Assembly: GCA_026415655.1 (NCBI GenBank)
Contig: JAOAGR010000002.1
Coordinates: forward strand, 131,237-195,236
Length of the DNA stretch: 64,000 nucleotides
Source: Candidatus Dojkabacteria bacterium
GTDB taxonomy: Bacteria; Patescibacteriota; Dojkabacteria; JAOAGR01
Direction of reading: 5' to 3'
Shown one piece after another: positions 1 to 9,418 of the stretch. Position 1 is the first letter of the stretch, and each line of letters begins with the position of its first letter. Under the pieces are notes generated by a model. It was not told the DNA's origin. It searched no databases and was given only the letters and a program-made list of their open reading frames with translations. A program made the translations under genes and the position numbers.

Positions 1-825
1 TTTTCTAAAATTATAAAATTCATGCCCCAGTATTTTTATACATTCATAAGCTATTTGGTGAGGAGATATACATCCAAATTTCAGATGAGCCGATAACCTC
101 GATGTCCCATCTACAGATAAAAAGTCTCTTTTCGATTTATATTCATAAATTTTATTTTTTAAAAACTCATTCCATATTGTCTGAGCTTGTGTTTCTCCAC
201 CCGTAAAAATATTGCTTTTTTCATTTACATCAATTAGTTTAGATAAGTTATTTATTATTGGTATTCCCAATTTATTTAGTACATCTATGAATTCTTTGAT
301 TTTAGTTGGATTACAGAAATTAGGAATATAGTCCAAATTTAAAATGGATAAGTTGTGAGATAAACTGTTTAACCATTCAATTTTATATCTAGTAAAGACT
401 TTAATTGTTTGATTGTCTTTTGTTTCAATTTTCTCCGTATTTTGATCAAAAATCACATTAGAACAATGAATTTTCAGCTTATTTCCTAACAAATCATTTG
501 TTTTATGATCCCTTTTTTTAGAATAAGGGGAATAGTCACGGGATATATGTACTGAATTCACGTAATCTTTAAAGATTTTAAAGAATTCAATTGGATCATA
601 ATCAATGACTATTAAATCCGAACCAAGAGTACGTAGTTGGTTTTGCATATCAATCAGAGATTCAAATAAGAAATTATTTCTTTTTTTACAACTGTATTTA
701 ACATTTAACAATTTATTATCCAATATGAAAATCGGAATTAGGTTATCATAATGTTTATTTGCTTCAAATATCGTTTTATTGTACTTTAATCTCAAGTCAT
801 TTCTGAACCAAATTATATTAAACAT
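1..825 (-). CDS. Deoxyribodipyrimidine photolyase / cryptochrome family protein. Partial: the C-terminus runs off the window start.
   Basis: Manual minus-strand translation from ATG (complement 823-825) is open to position 1: MFNIIWFRNDLRLKYN... (photolyase N-terminal alpha/beta domain) ... TSRLSAHLKFGCISPHQIA (matches the TSRLSPYLHFGEISP-type FAD-domain motif). Absent from the ORF track, presumably because it is incomplete. Confidence 0.6.
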   Translation of the reverse strand, partial: MFNIIWFRNDLRLKYNKTIFEANKHYDNLIPIFILDNKLLNVKYSCKKRNNFLFESLIDMQNQLRTLGSDLIVIDYDPIEFFKIFKDYVNSVHISRDYSPYSKKRDHKTNDLLGNKLKIHCSNVIFDQNTEKIETKDNQTIKVFTRYKIEWLNSLSHNLSILNLDYIPNFCNPTKIKEFIDVLNKLGIPIINNLSKLIDVNEKSNIFTGGETQAQTIWNEFLKNKIYEYKSKRDFLSVDGTSRLSAHLKFGCISPHQIAYECIKILGHEFYNFRK

Positions 826-863
826 AAATTTTGCATTTTAATGTATAATCATAAAGATTATAT

Positions 864-1868
864 ATGTTTTGGAAAAGATTGATAGGCATTGATTTTGGAA
901 CTTATCACTCAAGGATTATATTACCTGAAGGAGTCATTTACGAAGAACCCACCTTGATCGCAAGGAACAAAAAACTAAATAAAGTTGTTGCAATAGGCTC
1001 CAAAGCAGAAGAATTACTAGGTAAAACTCCTAAGGATATTGAGCTTATCAGGCCAATAGAAAATGGAGTAATTACGAATTTACGTGCGGCAGAGTATCTC
1101 TTGCGTCATATGATTTCTACAGTAAGTGGAAATGTTATTTTTACCAAACCTACTATTGTTATAAATATTCCTACAAATGCTTCATCCGTTGAAATTCGAG
1201 CTTTGGAAGAGGTAGCTTTGGCCGCTGGAGCCGGCGATGTTCTGATATACCCAAATACATATTTAGCGGCTTTAGGATCTGAATTTAATATAGAAGAACC
1301 GTTTGGATTATTGATAGTAGATATTGGCGCTGGGACTACAGAAACTGCAATTATTTCTTATGGTGGCATTGTAATATCAGATACTACAAAAATTGCATCG
1401 CATACAATAAACGAAAACCTAAATAATTTTCTTAAAAAGAATTATGGGATAATCGTGGGTGACCTCATGCTTGATAAAATCAAACATCAGATTGCATCAG
1501 CTAGTGAAAACGTTGAAAATATTGAGGTGGAAATACGTGGTCGTGATATTAGTTCGGGACTTCCTAAAAGTATAAATATACGAACTTATGATATTCTCGA
1601 TGTAGTGACTATAGTATTAGAACAAATAATATTACATATAAAAGGCGTTCTAGAAAAATCTCCACCTGAGTTATCTTCGGATATAGTTGATACTGGTATC
1701 ATATTGACCGGTGGTGGTGCCAAACTTCGTGATATTGAGACAGTGATATTAAAAAGTCTTGGTTTACCTGTTGTTAAATTGGATGACGTCGATAAAGTTG
1801 TCTCAAATGGAATACGAACAATTGTGAAAGATTTGGATAGATATGCTTATAGAAATCGAGTCAATTGA
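864..1868 (+). CDS. mreB: Rod-shape determining actin-like ATPase MreB
   Basis: GIDFGT (phosphate 1), DIGAGTTETAIIS (phosphate 2) and ILTGGGAKLRDIE (adenosine motif). Length 334 aa. Confidence 0.85.
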   Translation: MFWKRLIGIDFGTYHSRIILPEGVIYEEPTLIARNKKLNKVVAIGSKAEELLGKTPKDIELIRPIENGVITNLRAAEYLLRHMISTVSGNVIFTKPTIVINIPTNASSVEIRALEEVALAAGAGDVLIYPNTYLAALGSEFNIEEPFGLLIVDIGAGTTETAIISYGGIVISDTTKIASHTINENLNNFLKKNYGIIVGDLMLDKIKHQIASASENVENIEVEIRGRDISSGLPKSINIRTYDILDVVTIVLEQIILHIKGVLEKSPPELSSDIVDTGIILTGGGAKLRDIETVILKSLGLPVVKLDDVDKVVSNGIRTIVKDLDRYAYRNRVN

Positions 1869-2194
1869 GATATTTTCAAAATATTAATTAAATCGAGAAT
1901 AAACATAGATTTCCAATGTGTTTTTTAATAAATCTACAATGTAATGAACAGTATAAGATGTTCTGTGTCAACGCTATAGTTCGTTAGTAAATCGACAAGA
2001 ATTTATTTAAGAGATTCATTACCTCGGTTTATTAACATCAATTTCAAGAAAAGAACAAAAATAGACACAGTGAGGTATTAACTCGTTAGATATTCAAAGC
2101 AATTGACAGATACTAAACGAATGAAATTTATAACAAAACAACAATATATACTCTCTTACATTTTTATTTGTTTTAACTTAGAGTGAATAGATAA

Positions 2195-2881
2195 TTATGA
2201 TAACTGCATGAATTCTGATTTTGTAATTTTTACAGATGGAGTCATAGTCGTTTTGATATGGATTGAGAATATATCACTAAAAATCCCAGGTGTTGATGTT
2301 TTTATCTCTTCTATAATTTTTAATAAATTTTCTCTAAGTTTATCTTTTCCTTGTGAGACTTTACCGAATACTATATTTATTACTCCTGTTTTATCCTCTT
2401 TAAAATTTTTTCTTCCTTGCTTAAATTCTTTTACTGCATTTGATATATCTTGTGTTACAGTACCATTTTTGGGATTTGGCATGAGCCCCTTGGTGCCTAG
2501 CGCTTTACCAAGTTTGGCGATCTTAGACATCACATTGGGATGCGCTATGACTATGTCAAAATCAAACCAATTATCATTTAAAATTTTATTTATATATTCA
2601 TCCAGCCCAGCATAATCAGCACCAGCTTTTAAAGCTTCTTCTGCTTCCTTAGGCTCAGCAAGCACCAGTATTTTGGTTTCTTTGCCAAAACTATGTGGAA
2701 ATACAACACTTATTTTATACGGTTGTGGATTTTTGTTTGACCTTTTTACTGCGATCTTTAACTCCACCGTTTGATCAAATTTATAATTATTTATTTTATC
2801 AAGTACAGATAGATATTCATCTAAACTTTTAGTTGTAGATATGACTTCGCTATTTAATTTATATTTTTTTGATATTTTCAT
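2195..2881 (-). CDS. rplA: 50S ribosomal protein L1
   Basis: KFDQTVELKIAVK and GKALGTKGLMPNPKNGTVT motifs typical of the L1 family. Directly downstream of L11. Confidence 0.9.
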   Translation of the reverse strand: MKISKKYKLNSEVISTTKSLDEYLSVLDKINNYKFDQTVELKIAVKRSNKNPQPYKISVVFPHSFGKETKILVLAEPKEAEEALKAGADYAGLDEYINKILNDNWFDFDIVIAHPNVMSKIAKLGKALGTKGLMPNPKNGTVTQDISNAVKEFKQGRKNFKEDKTGVINIVFGKVSQGKDKLRENLLKIIEEIKTSTPGIFSDIFSIHIKTTMTPSVKITKSEFMQLS

Positions 2882-2892
2882 AGCATTTTTAA

Positions 2893-3318
2893 TTATTCAA
2901 CGATTTCTATACCCATATTTTTGGCTGTTCCTATGACTGTACGCATAGCAGCTTCTATATCTTTCGTATTTAAATCAGGTAATTTTTGCTCTGCTATTTC
3001 ACGTACCTGCGCCATTGTTAATTTACCTACTTTATTTTTGTTTGGTTTATCTGAACCTTTTTCAGTCTTTAGAACTTTTTTGATAAGAGCAGATACTGGA
3101 GGAGTTTTTAGTTGAATATCAAATGTTCTGTCCTCATATATAGTAACTATTGCAGGTACTACAATGTCACCCATATGAGCAGTTTTATCATTGAACTCTT
3201 TTACAAATTGTCCAATATTAATACCAGTCGCACCTAATGCTGGACCTAATGGCGGTGCTGGAGTTGCTTTACCAGCCGGTGCCTGTATTTTTTTTATCAA
3301 CTTTATTTTTTTAGCCAT
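2893..3318 (-). CDS. rplK: 50S ribosomal protein L11
   Basis: The N-terminus MAKKI...IQAPAGKATPAPPLGPALGATGINIGQFVKEFN is diagnostic for L11. Confidence 0.92.
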   Translation of the reverse strand: MAKKIKLIKKIQAPAGKATPAPPLGPALGATGINIGQFVKEFNDKTAHMGDIVVPAIVTIYEDRTFDIQLKTPPVSALIKKVLKTEKGSDKPNKNKVGKLTMAQVREIAEQKLPDLNTKDIEAAMRTVIGTAKNMGIEIVE

Positions 3319-3716
3319 GATAAGGTTGTTATGCGGAAGTATACTATATTAATTAGATTTTGAAAATGTCATGAGTCATATTTTTATAGTATTTTAAATT
3401 AAATCAAGTTTATAGTAATGTAATCTCAAGTATGATCAACTGTAAATTTAATATTTAATAAACTGAGAACTGAGAATGAATCTTGAATGATCTATTTAAT
3501 TAATTATCAAAAATTTAGATATTTTTGGTTGGTGTATAAAAATGGAACTTTAAATTATTTATGATTGTAAATCTAGTTTGCAATATGAATTTTATAAATC
3601 AATTCTTCTGTATTCGTTTGCTCAGATATATTTGATTCGATATTTTCTATAAATTCATCAAAAAATACCTATTTTATTTTATAAATTTTATTCTTTTTAT
3701 ATTTAGTCCACCCTTC

Positions 3717-4079
3717 TCAATATGGTGTTTTTTTATTTTTCTTGTATTTGTCGAAATAAAATTTCAGTTGACCGACGATTTTATTCTTTTTAGGATGCAT
3801 AAATGTGATAATAAAAAATTCTCTAAATTTTTTTATATTTGAAATTAAAATGTTAATTCTGAACTCATTTCGAAATATGTAAATATATTTTTCAAATATT
3901 CCACCTAAACATCCACTCACAGTATCAAATTTGAGATCTGTAAAATTTGCAATTAATCTACATATGAAGATAAAGTGGATTTCAAATATGTGAATCCAAA
4001 CAATGCCTGTATCATAGTTTTTGTGCTTTTTAATTTTAGTCTTTTTCTTATCCGTAGTATTGGGTAATAATCCAGACAA
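3717..4079 (-). CDS. Low-complexity K/I/F-rich hypothetical ORF. Uses a TTG start and may be a degraded remnant.
   Basis: Six-frame ORF only. No recognisable motif. It lies in the approximately 1 kb gap upstream of rplK where nusG/secE are normally found. Confidence 0.2.
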   Translation of the reverse strand: MSGLLPNTTDKKKTKIKKHKNYDTGIVWIHIFEIHFIFICRLIANFTDLKFDTVSGCLGGIFEKYIYIFRNEFRINILISNIKKFREFFIITFMHPKKNKIVGQLKFYFDKYKKNKKTPY

Positions 4080-4300
4080 TAAATCTAATATAGCGTATGA
4101 TTTATATTTGGGATTTGTCGGTATACCACGTTCATCCTTATAACATATTCCTAGAATCGGATGAATTTCTAAATCTTTATGTTTGAAAGAATCCTGATAT
4201 GCTATATAAAAACTGATCGGACATTACTCTTTGCTTCCTCCGCGGCTTTAAGTATCAAATTCAAAATATTCATTTTATTCGTATTTTATATATTAAATGT

Positions 4301-5023
4301 TCATACCTCGCCGGATACTTGTTGCTTTGAGTTAACAATAATAACAGTACCCGTTGGTAAATCAATCCTACCACATTGCATTAATTCGCTGCCGCTCGTC
4401 CGTAACAATTTCAAAGTAACAGTTATAACATTGTTGGGTACATCTATTTCTATGTCTGCATGAGCAAGTGGATGGGATAGTAGACTTGGCAATATAAGGA
4501 GCTTAGCAATGACACTATCAGGTTTATCATGTGTTCCCATATTAGAAATTGCAAACAAAATCGTAGCTGCGGATGGAATAGATCTTCCTAATACATCAAG
4601 GATGTTTTTTATCCAGATTTTGAATCCTATTTCACCCTCATGGCATGATAATGCTCCGAATACAGAAGCTAATGTACTGACTTCATCTGGAGTTGATAAG
4701 CACATAAAAATAGTTCCTTTACATCTATTAGCTCCTTCATTTGGGTGATTACCGCCTTCTTCATTTTGGCGATTACTACCATTTTCCTGTGCATTAGCGA
4801 CTTTGAAGCCTAGAGGGCTATTCATCTCTCTTCTAAATCTAAGAATGTCCTCTTCACTGGCCGATCTCATTTCCCCAATATATTTATCTCCTTCAAATCC
4901 CAATGGACCTATTTGACGCGGATCGGGGATTCGAACCCCTTCATATAATATATAAGTTTTACCAGTACCACGAAAAGCGTCAAGAATCGCACGTTCAATA
5001 TCTTGACTATATGCATGCGACAT
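4301..5023 (-). CDS. Hypothetical protein from a high-GC, atypical-codon family (a paralog of 38276..38773)
   Basis: 240 aa ORF with GC markedly above the surroundings (CGG/GCC/CCG codons). It shares ordered motifs with the 38276-38773 ORF: AYSQDIERAILDAF / SYAIDEQEIARVL; IPDPRQIGPLGF / VPHPCRIVLGPDGISF; FMCLSTPDEVSTL / FTGCSTEDGRNLL; ISNMGTHDKPDSV / AAFGENDSPLACP. Confidence 0.55.
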   Translation of the reverse strand: MSHAYSQDIERAILDAFRGTGKTYILYEGVRIPDPRQIGPLGFEGDKYIGEMRSASEEDILRFRREMNSPLGFKVANAQENGSNRQNEEGGNHPNEGANRCKGTIFMCLSTPDEVSTLASVFGALSCHEGEIGFKIWIKNILDVLGRSIPSAATILFAISNMGTHDKPDSVIAKLLILPSLLSHPLAHADIEIDVPNNVITVTLKLLRTSGSELMQCGRIDLPTGTVIIVNSKQQVSGEV

Positions 5024-5155
5024 ATAATTATATTATATAGTATTTTTTCTGATTTGTCTAATCCTGATAATAATTGGTATCTGTAACATAGCAATAGTTC
5101 TATTAATTATTCTATAGTATTTACTCGATTACGTGTATGCTAAAGATTATAATAT

Positions 5156-5806
5156 TTAATTAATTAAATTTTTAGTGCATATTTCACTAAGTGGACACTT
5201 GTCACAATTTGGTTTTCTTGGATGACAAAAATTTCGCCCTATAAGTATCAATTGTTTTGATATTTTTGTCCAATATTTCTTCGGAATTTTATTCATTAGA
5301 TCTTTTTCTATTTTTTCTGGATTTTTCTCATTCGTGAATCCTAATCTATAAGATACTCTTTTTACATGTGTATCAACAACTATTCCTACAGGTTTATTGA
5401 AGTAATCACATAGTATGACATTTGCTACTTTGCGTCCTACTCCTTTGAGTTTTAATAAATCTTCTATATTGTTCGGCACCTTACCACCAAAATCGGCCTC
5501 AATTATTTTAGCCGTTTCTATGATATGTTTTGACTTTGTCTTGTAATAGTTAATTTCTTTAATAATATCCATAACTTCGGATAAATCAGCTTTTGCAAGT
5601 GATTTATGATCAGGAAAGCGTGCGAATAATTTTGGTGTGACTTGATTTACTTTATTGTCTGTTGTTTGTGCGGATAAAATAACAGCGATTAAAAATTCAA
5701 AAACATTTTTGTGATGTAGAAAATGTGGTACATCAGGGTATATACAATTCAATATTTTTATTATTTTTTTAATCTTATGGTTACTTAGCACATTATAATC
5801 TAGCAT
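5156..5806 (-). CDS. nth: Endonuclease III (DNA glycosylase/AP lyase)
   Basis: LSAQTTD helix-hairpin-helix region, LKGVGRKVANVIL, and the C-terminal 4Fe-4S cluster CHPRKPNCDKCPLSEIC (C-x6-C-x2-C-x5-C). Confidence 0.88.
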   Translation of the reverse strand: MLDYNVLSNHKIKKIIKILNCIYPDVPHFLHHKNVFEFLIAVILSAQTTDNKVNQVTPKLFARFPDHKSLAKADLSEVMDIIKEINYYKTKSKHIIETAKIIEADFGGKVPNNIEDLLKLKGVGRKVANVILCDYFNKPVGIVVDTHVKRVSYRLGFTNEKNPEKIEKDLMNKIPKKYWTKISKQLILIGRNFCHPRKPNCDKCPLSEICTKNLIN

Positions 5807-7119
5807 TAAGGTGTCAATCTGTTTAAGTCTCTAGGAAAGAGTGTTGCCTCTCTAATATTTTTTAAACCGAGTAGATTTTGTGTAAGTCTTTGTAATCCCA
5901 TTCCAAAACCACCTTCTGTTGGTATTCCATATTTATGCATCATAAGATAACCTTCAAAATCATCAGGATTTAACCCTTTTTCTTTTAATCTTTCTATTTG
6001 ATGTTGGTATCTGTTTACTCTTTGACCACCAGTTACTATTTCAGATCCATTTCCTATAAGATCAAAAGATTCACTAAGTTCCGGATTATCTGGATGTGGA
6101 TAGGTATAAAAAGGACGTTTTGATAATGGATAATGTGTTACAAAAACAAAATTAGAATGATGTTCCTTTGGTCCCCATTCAGTACTAAGCCATTTTTCTG
6201 CTCCGGGTGATAGATCCGGTTCCATAGTTTCGTCTATGCCGGTGTATTCCTTATATATTTCTAGGGCTTGTCTCAGTGTAATTCTAGGGAAAGGCTTATC
6301 TTCTGGTACTATAGGTAATGTTGTGTTGAGGATTTCTAGTTCCTTCACAAATTCCTTTTGTATCTTCATAATTATATGTCTAACGACATTTTCGCAATGG
6401 TACATTAGATCTTCAATATTTTCTATGAAACCTAACTCAAACTCAAACTGATTGAATTCCGTTAGATGCCTTGTAGTCGCTGATTTTTCTGCTCTGAAAC
6501 TATATGAGAGTCCATAAACACCTTCATAGACTCCCATCATGATTTGTTTATAAAGTTGTGCGGATTGAGGTAAAGTTGCCTCTTTGCCAAAGTAATCAAG
6601 TTTAAATAGTTCCGCTCCCCCTTCTGATGATGCTCCAGCAAGTATTGGAAAAATTATCTCAGTGAAACCTTGACTACGCATGTACTCGCGGTAACCTTCT
6701 ACTATACCAGCTTGTATTTTAAAAATGGCTCTTAATTTTTGATGTCTTAGTGTAATAGGACGATAGTCAATTATTGTATCAATATGAGCATCTATTTCAT
6801 CCTTATTAATCTCAACAGGTATCATGTCATACACAGGTGATATAATGTGTATTTCATTAACATCTAATTCTATGCCAGACTCTTGTTTATCTGAAGCTCG
6901 TACTATACCCCTGATTTTTAATACGGATTCGACCTGCAAATCTTTAACCTGATTAATTAATTCTTTATTGCTGAGTACACATTGGATAATTCCAGTACGA
7001 TCTCTAAGGATTACAAATGCTATCTTACCTAGAATACGTATTCTATGCATCCAACCAGCTATTATCACTTCCTGATCTATGTGTTTATTTAAATCTGATA
7101 TTAAAACACGATTTTTCAT
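5806..7119 (-). CDS. aspS: Aspartyl-tRNA synthetase, archaeal/eukaryotic type 2, probably non-discriminating
   Basis: N-terminal OB fold; class II motif 2 FRAEKSATTRHLTEFNQFEFE; motif 3 GGFGMGLQRL; and the C-terminal ...FPRDLNRLTP signature of type-2 AspRS (compare eukaryotic ...FPRDPKRLTP). Shares 1 nt with nth. Confidence 0.82.
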   Translation of the reverse strand: MKNRVLISDLNKHIDQEVIIAGWMHRIRILGKIAFVILRDRTGIIQCVLSNKELINQVKDLQVESVLKIRGIVRASDKQESGIELDVNEIHIISPVYDMIPVEINKDEIDAHIDTIIDYRPITLRHQKLRAIFKIQAGIVEGYREYMRSQGFTEIIFPILAGASSEGGAELFKLDYFGKEATLPQSAQLYKQIMMGVYEGVYGLSYSFRAEKSATTRHLTEFNQFEFELGFIENIEDLMYHCENVVRHIIMKIQKEFVKELEILNTTLPIVPEDKPFPRITLRQALEIYKEYTGIDETMEPDLSPGAEKWLSTEWGPKEHHSNFVFVTHYPLSKRPFYTYPHPDNPELSESFDLIGNGSEIVTGGQRVNRYQHQIERLKEKGLNPDDFEGYLMMHKYGIPTEGGFGMGLQRLTQNLLGLKNIREATLFPRDLNRLTP

Positions 7120-7156
7120 AATTTTGTAATTTTACAATATTAAAAAGTACTTATCA

Positions 7157-7378
7157 CTATGTTGGTGTAATTTGTAGTCTATCTTCTAGTGGATTCCCTA
7201 TGTAACCTTGTTTATCGTTGTCTATTAAAAAATCAGTAGGTTTGTTGTCTTCGGGTCCAGTAAAATACCAAAGTGAAAATAATATGATATATACTACAAC
7301 CATAGTAATTAGCAATACTAATAGTAATAGTTTAGTGTCAATTGTTTTAGGTAAATTTTCATTTTGCTCCTGATTCAT
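7157..7378 (-). CDS. Small single-TM hypothetical protein
   Basis: 73 aa ORF with one hydrophobic helix (LLLLVLLITMVVVYIILFSLWYF). Sits between aspS and ftsH on the same strand. Confidence 0.35.
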   Translation of the reverse strand: MNQEQNENLPKTIDTKLLLLVLLITMVVVYIILFSLWYFTGPEDNKPTDFLIDNDKQGYIGNPLEDRLQITPT

Positions 7379-7390
7379 TAAATAAAGATT

Positions 7391-9337
7391 TTATGATGTC
7401 ATTAGTGACATAAATTCGTCTTGTTCGATAACTTCTTTTTCTAAAAGTGTTTGTGCTATCCTATCTAATTTCTCACGATTTTTGACGATTATTTCCTCTG
7501 CAGTTTTTCTTGCTTTTTCAAGAATTTTCGCTATTTCTTCATCAATTTTTTTTGCTGTTTCCTGAGAATAAGTCAAATGTCCAATATCATCATGACTGTA
7601 TTCGACATATCCTAAGCTACTCATTCCGTATTTTTTCACCATATCGGAGGCTATTTGTGTAGCCCTCTTGATGTCACTACTTGCTCCCGTAGTAAAGGTA
7701 TTAAATACAATTCTCTCAGCTTCACGGCCACCGTATAGACTTGCTAGATCAGCTTCAAACTTTTCTATTGTTCGCAGAGAATATGCCTCTTCATCAGGTA
7801 TAAAAATTGTAGCTCCCCCTGAATCCCCTCTTGGAATTATAGAAATACGATGTACACTATCTGCTTCGGGCAAATAATAGCTTACTAATGCATGTCCGGC
7901 TTCATGATAAGCGACAATTTTTTTATATTTCTCTGATTTTGTACGATTTTTTGCTGGTCCCAAAATAACTTTGTTGATAGCTTCTTCTATATCTTCTTTT
8001 TCTATAGTTTGTCGATCATGTTTTGCTGCTATAATTGCGGCTTCATTTAAAACATTTTCCAAATCAGCACCACTATATCCAATAGTTCTTTTGGCTAGAG
8101 TTTCTAAATCTATCTCAGGATTTAGAGGTTTATTTTTTGCATATGTCTTAAGGATTTCTAATCTTCCATTCATATCTGGAAGATCTAACACAACTCTTCG
8201 ATCAAATCTACCTGGTCTAAGAATTGCAGGATCTAGTACATCTGGTCTATTCGTTGCAGCAATTACTATTACATTAGTGTCTTTCTGAAATCCATCCATC
8301 TCGACCAAAATTTGATTCAAGGTTTGATCAGTATTACCAGAATGAATGATTGTCCCCCTTTTTTTGGCTATAGAATCAATTTCATCAATAAAAATAATGG
8401 CTGGCGCCATTTTTTTTGCTTTTGTAAAAAGGTCTCGAACCCTAGAAGCTCCAGCTCCTACAAGCATTTCTTCAAATTCTGACCCTGATGTAAAAAAGAA
8501 AGGGACGCCTGCTTCACCTGCAATCGCCCTAGCAAGTAATGTTTTTCCCGTACCGGGCGCTCCGACAAGCAATACGCCTTTTGGTATTCGCGCTCCCATT
8601 TTTATAAATTTTTTAGGATTCTTGAGAAATTCGACGATTTCTTTTACTTCGTTTACAGCTTCATCAGCACCTTTTACATCATCAAATTTTACATCTTGCA
8701 TTTTTGGTATAAACAGTTTTGCTTTACTTTCACCAAAAGGTAGGCTAGCAGCAGAATTTGATATGTTTTTTGCTGAATAAATAATATAAATAATGAATCC
8801 TACAATAGCCAGTGTGCTTATCAAGGAGATAATTGAAAATAGATTAAACTCACTTGCAGGTACCGCATAGATATTCTTTTGCGTTGGGTCTATATTTGCG
8901 TTACGTAGGTCTTCAAAAAAGGTGATAGTGTTTGGTATGTTTCCTTCTATTTTTTCATTATTGTTTCTTGTAATTACAACTTTTTCAGGATGCACCTCAA
9001 CCTTTGAATATTCTTCTTTTTTAATAATTTCTATGATTGTACCGTAATCAAGCTTGTTTGAATTGTTAATATTATAAATTTGCAGCCCTATTGTAAAAAC
9101 AAACAAAATTAATACCGTAACTATTATGGGATTTTTATACCAAGGTACATTTTTTTTGAAAGGACGTATTATATTAGATTTATTTATTTTGTGAGATTTT
9201 ACTTCAGGTGATTCCTCTGGATTTGGTTTATTGTTAGATTTTTCATTATTAGGAATGTGAGAAGAGTGTTCATCTATGTTTGTTTTTTCTGATTGATCAA
9301 GATTTGATCGGCGTATGTTTTTATTTTTGAGTTTCAT
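7391..9337 (-). CDS. ftsH: ATP-dependent zinc metalloprotease FtsH
   Basis: N-terminal TM helices, Walker [24 protein letters not shown], second region of homology, and zinc-binding HEAGHAL. Confidence 0.93.
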   Translation of the reverse strand: MKLKNKNIRRSNLDQSEKTNIDEHSSHIPNNEKSNNKPNPEESPEVKSHKINKSNIIRPFKKNVPWYKNPIIVTVLILFVFTIGLQIYNINNSNKLDYGTIIEIIKKEEYSKVEVHPEKVVITRNNNEKIEGNIPNTITFFEDLRNANIDPTQKNIYAVPASEFNLFSIISLISTLAIVGFIIYIIYSAKNISNSAASLPFGESKAKLFIPKMQDVKFDDVKGADEAVNEVKEIVEFLKNPKKFIKMGARIPKGVLLVGAPGTGKTLLARAIAGEAGVPFFFTSGSEFEEMLVGAGASRVRDLFTKAKKMAPAIIFIDEIDSIAKKRGTIIHSGNTDQTLNQILVEMDGFQKDTNVIVIAATNRPDVLDPAILRPGRFDRRVVLDLPDMNGRLEILKTYAKNKPLNPEIDLETLAKRTIGYSGADLENVLNEAAIIAAKHDRQTIEKEDIEEAINKVILGPAKNRTKSEKYKKIVAYHEAGHALVSYYLPEADSVHRISIIPRGDSGGATIFIPDEEAYSLRTIEKFEADLASLYGGREAERIVFNTFTTGASSDIKRATQIASDMVKKYGMSSLGYVEYSHDDIGHLTYSQETAKKIDEEIAKILEKARKTAEEIIVKNREKLDRIAQTLLEKEVIEQDEFMSLMTS

Positions 9338-9418
9338 TGCGTTTTGTTATTTTAGCATATGGATTTGCGAGCTTATATATTTTATTGCTACAAATATTGA
9401 CAAATCGTATAATCTGAT

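Noticed and set aside
2208-3115. Plus-strand ORFs 2208-2615 and 2921-3115 inside rplA/rplK. Similar antisense ORFs exist in ftsH (7668-8780), dnaE (51052-53063) and glyQS/eno (36300-37819).
   Set aside because: They lie entirely antisense to strongly supported conserved genes and have low-complexity products; these are shadow ORFs.
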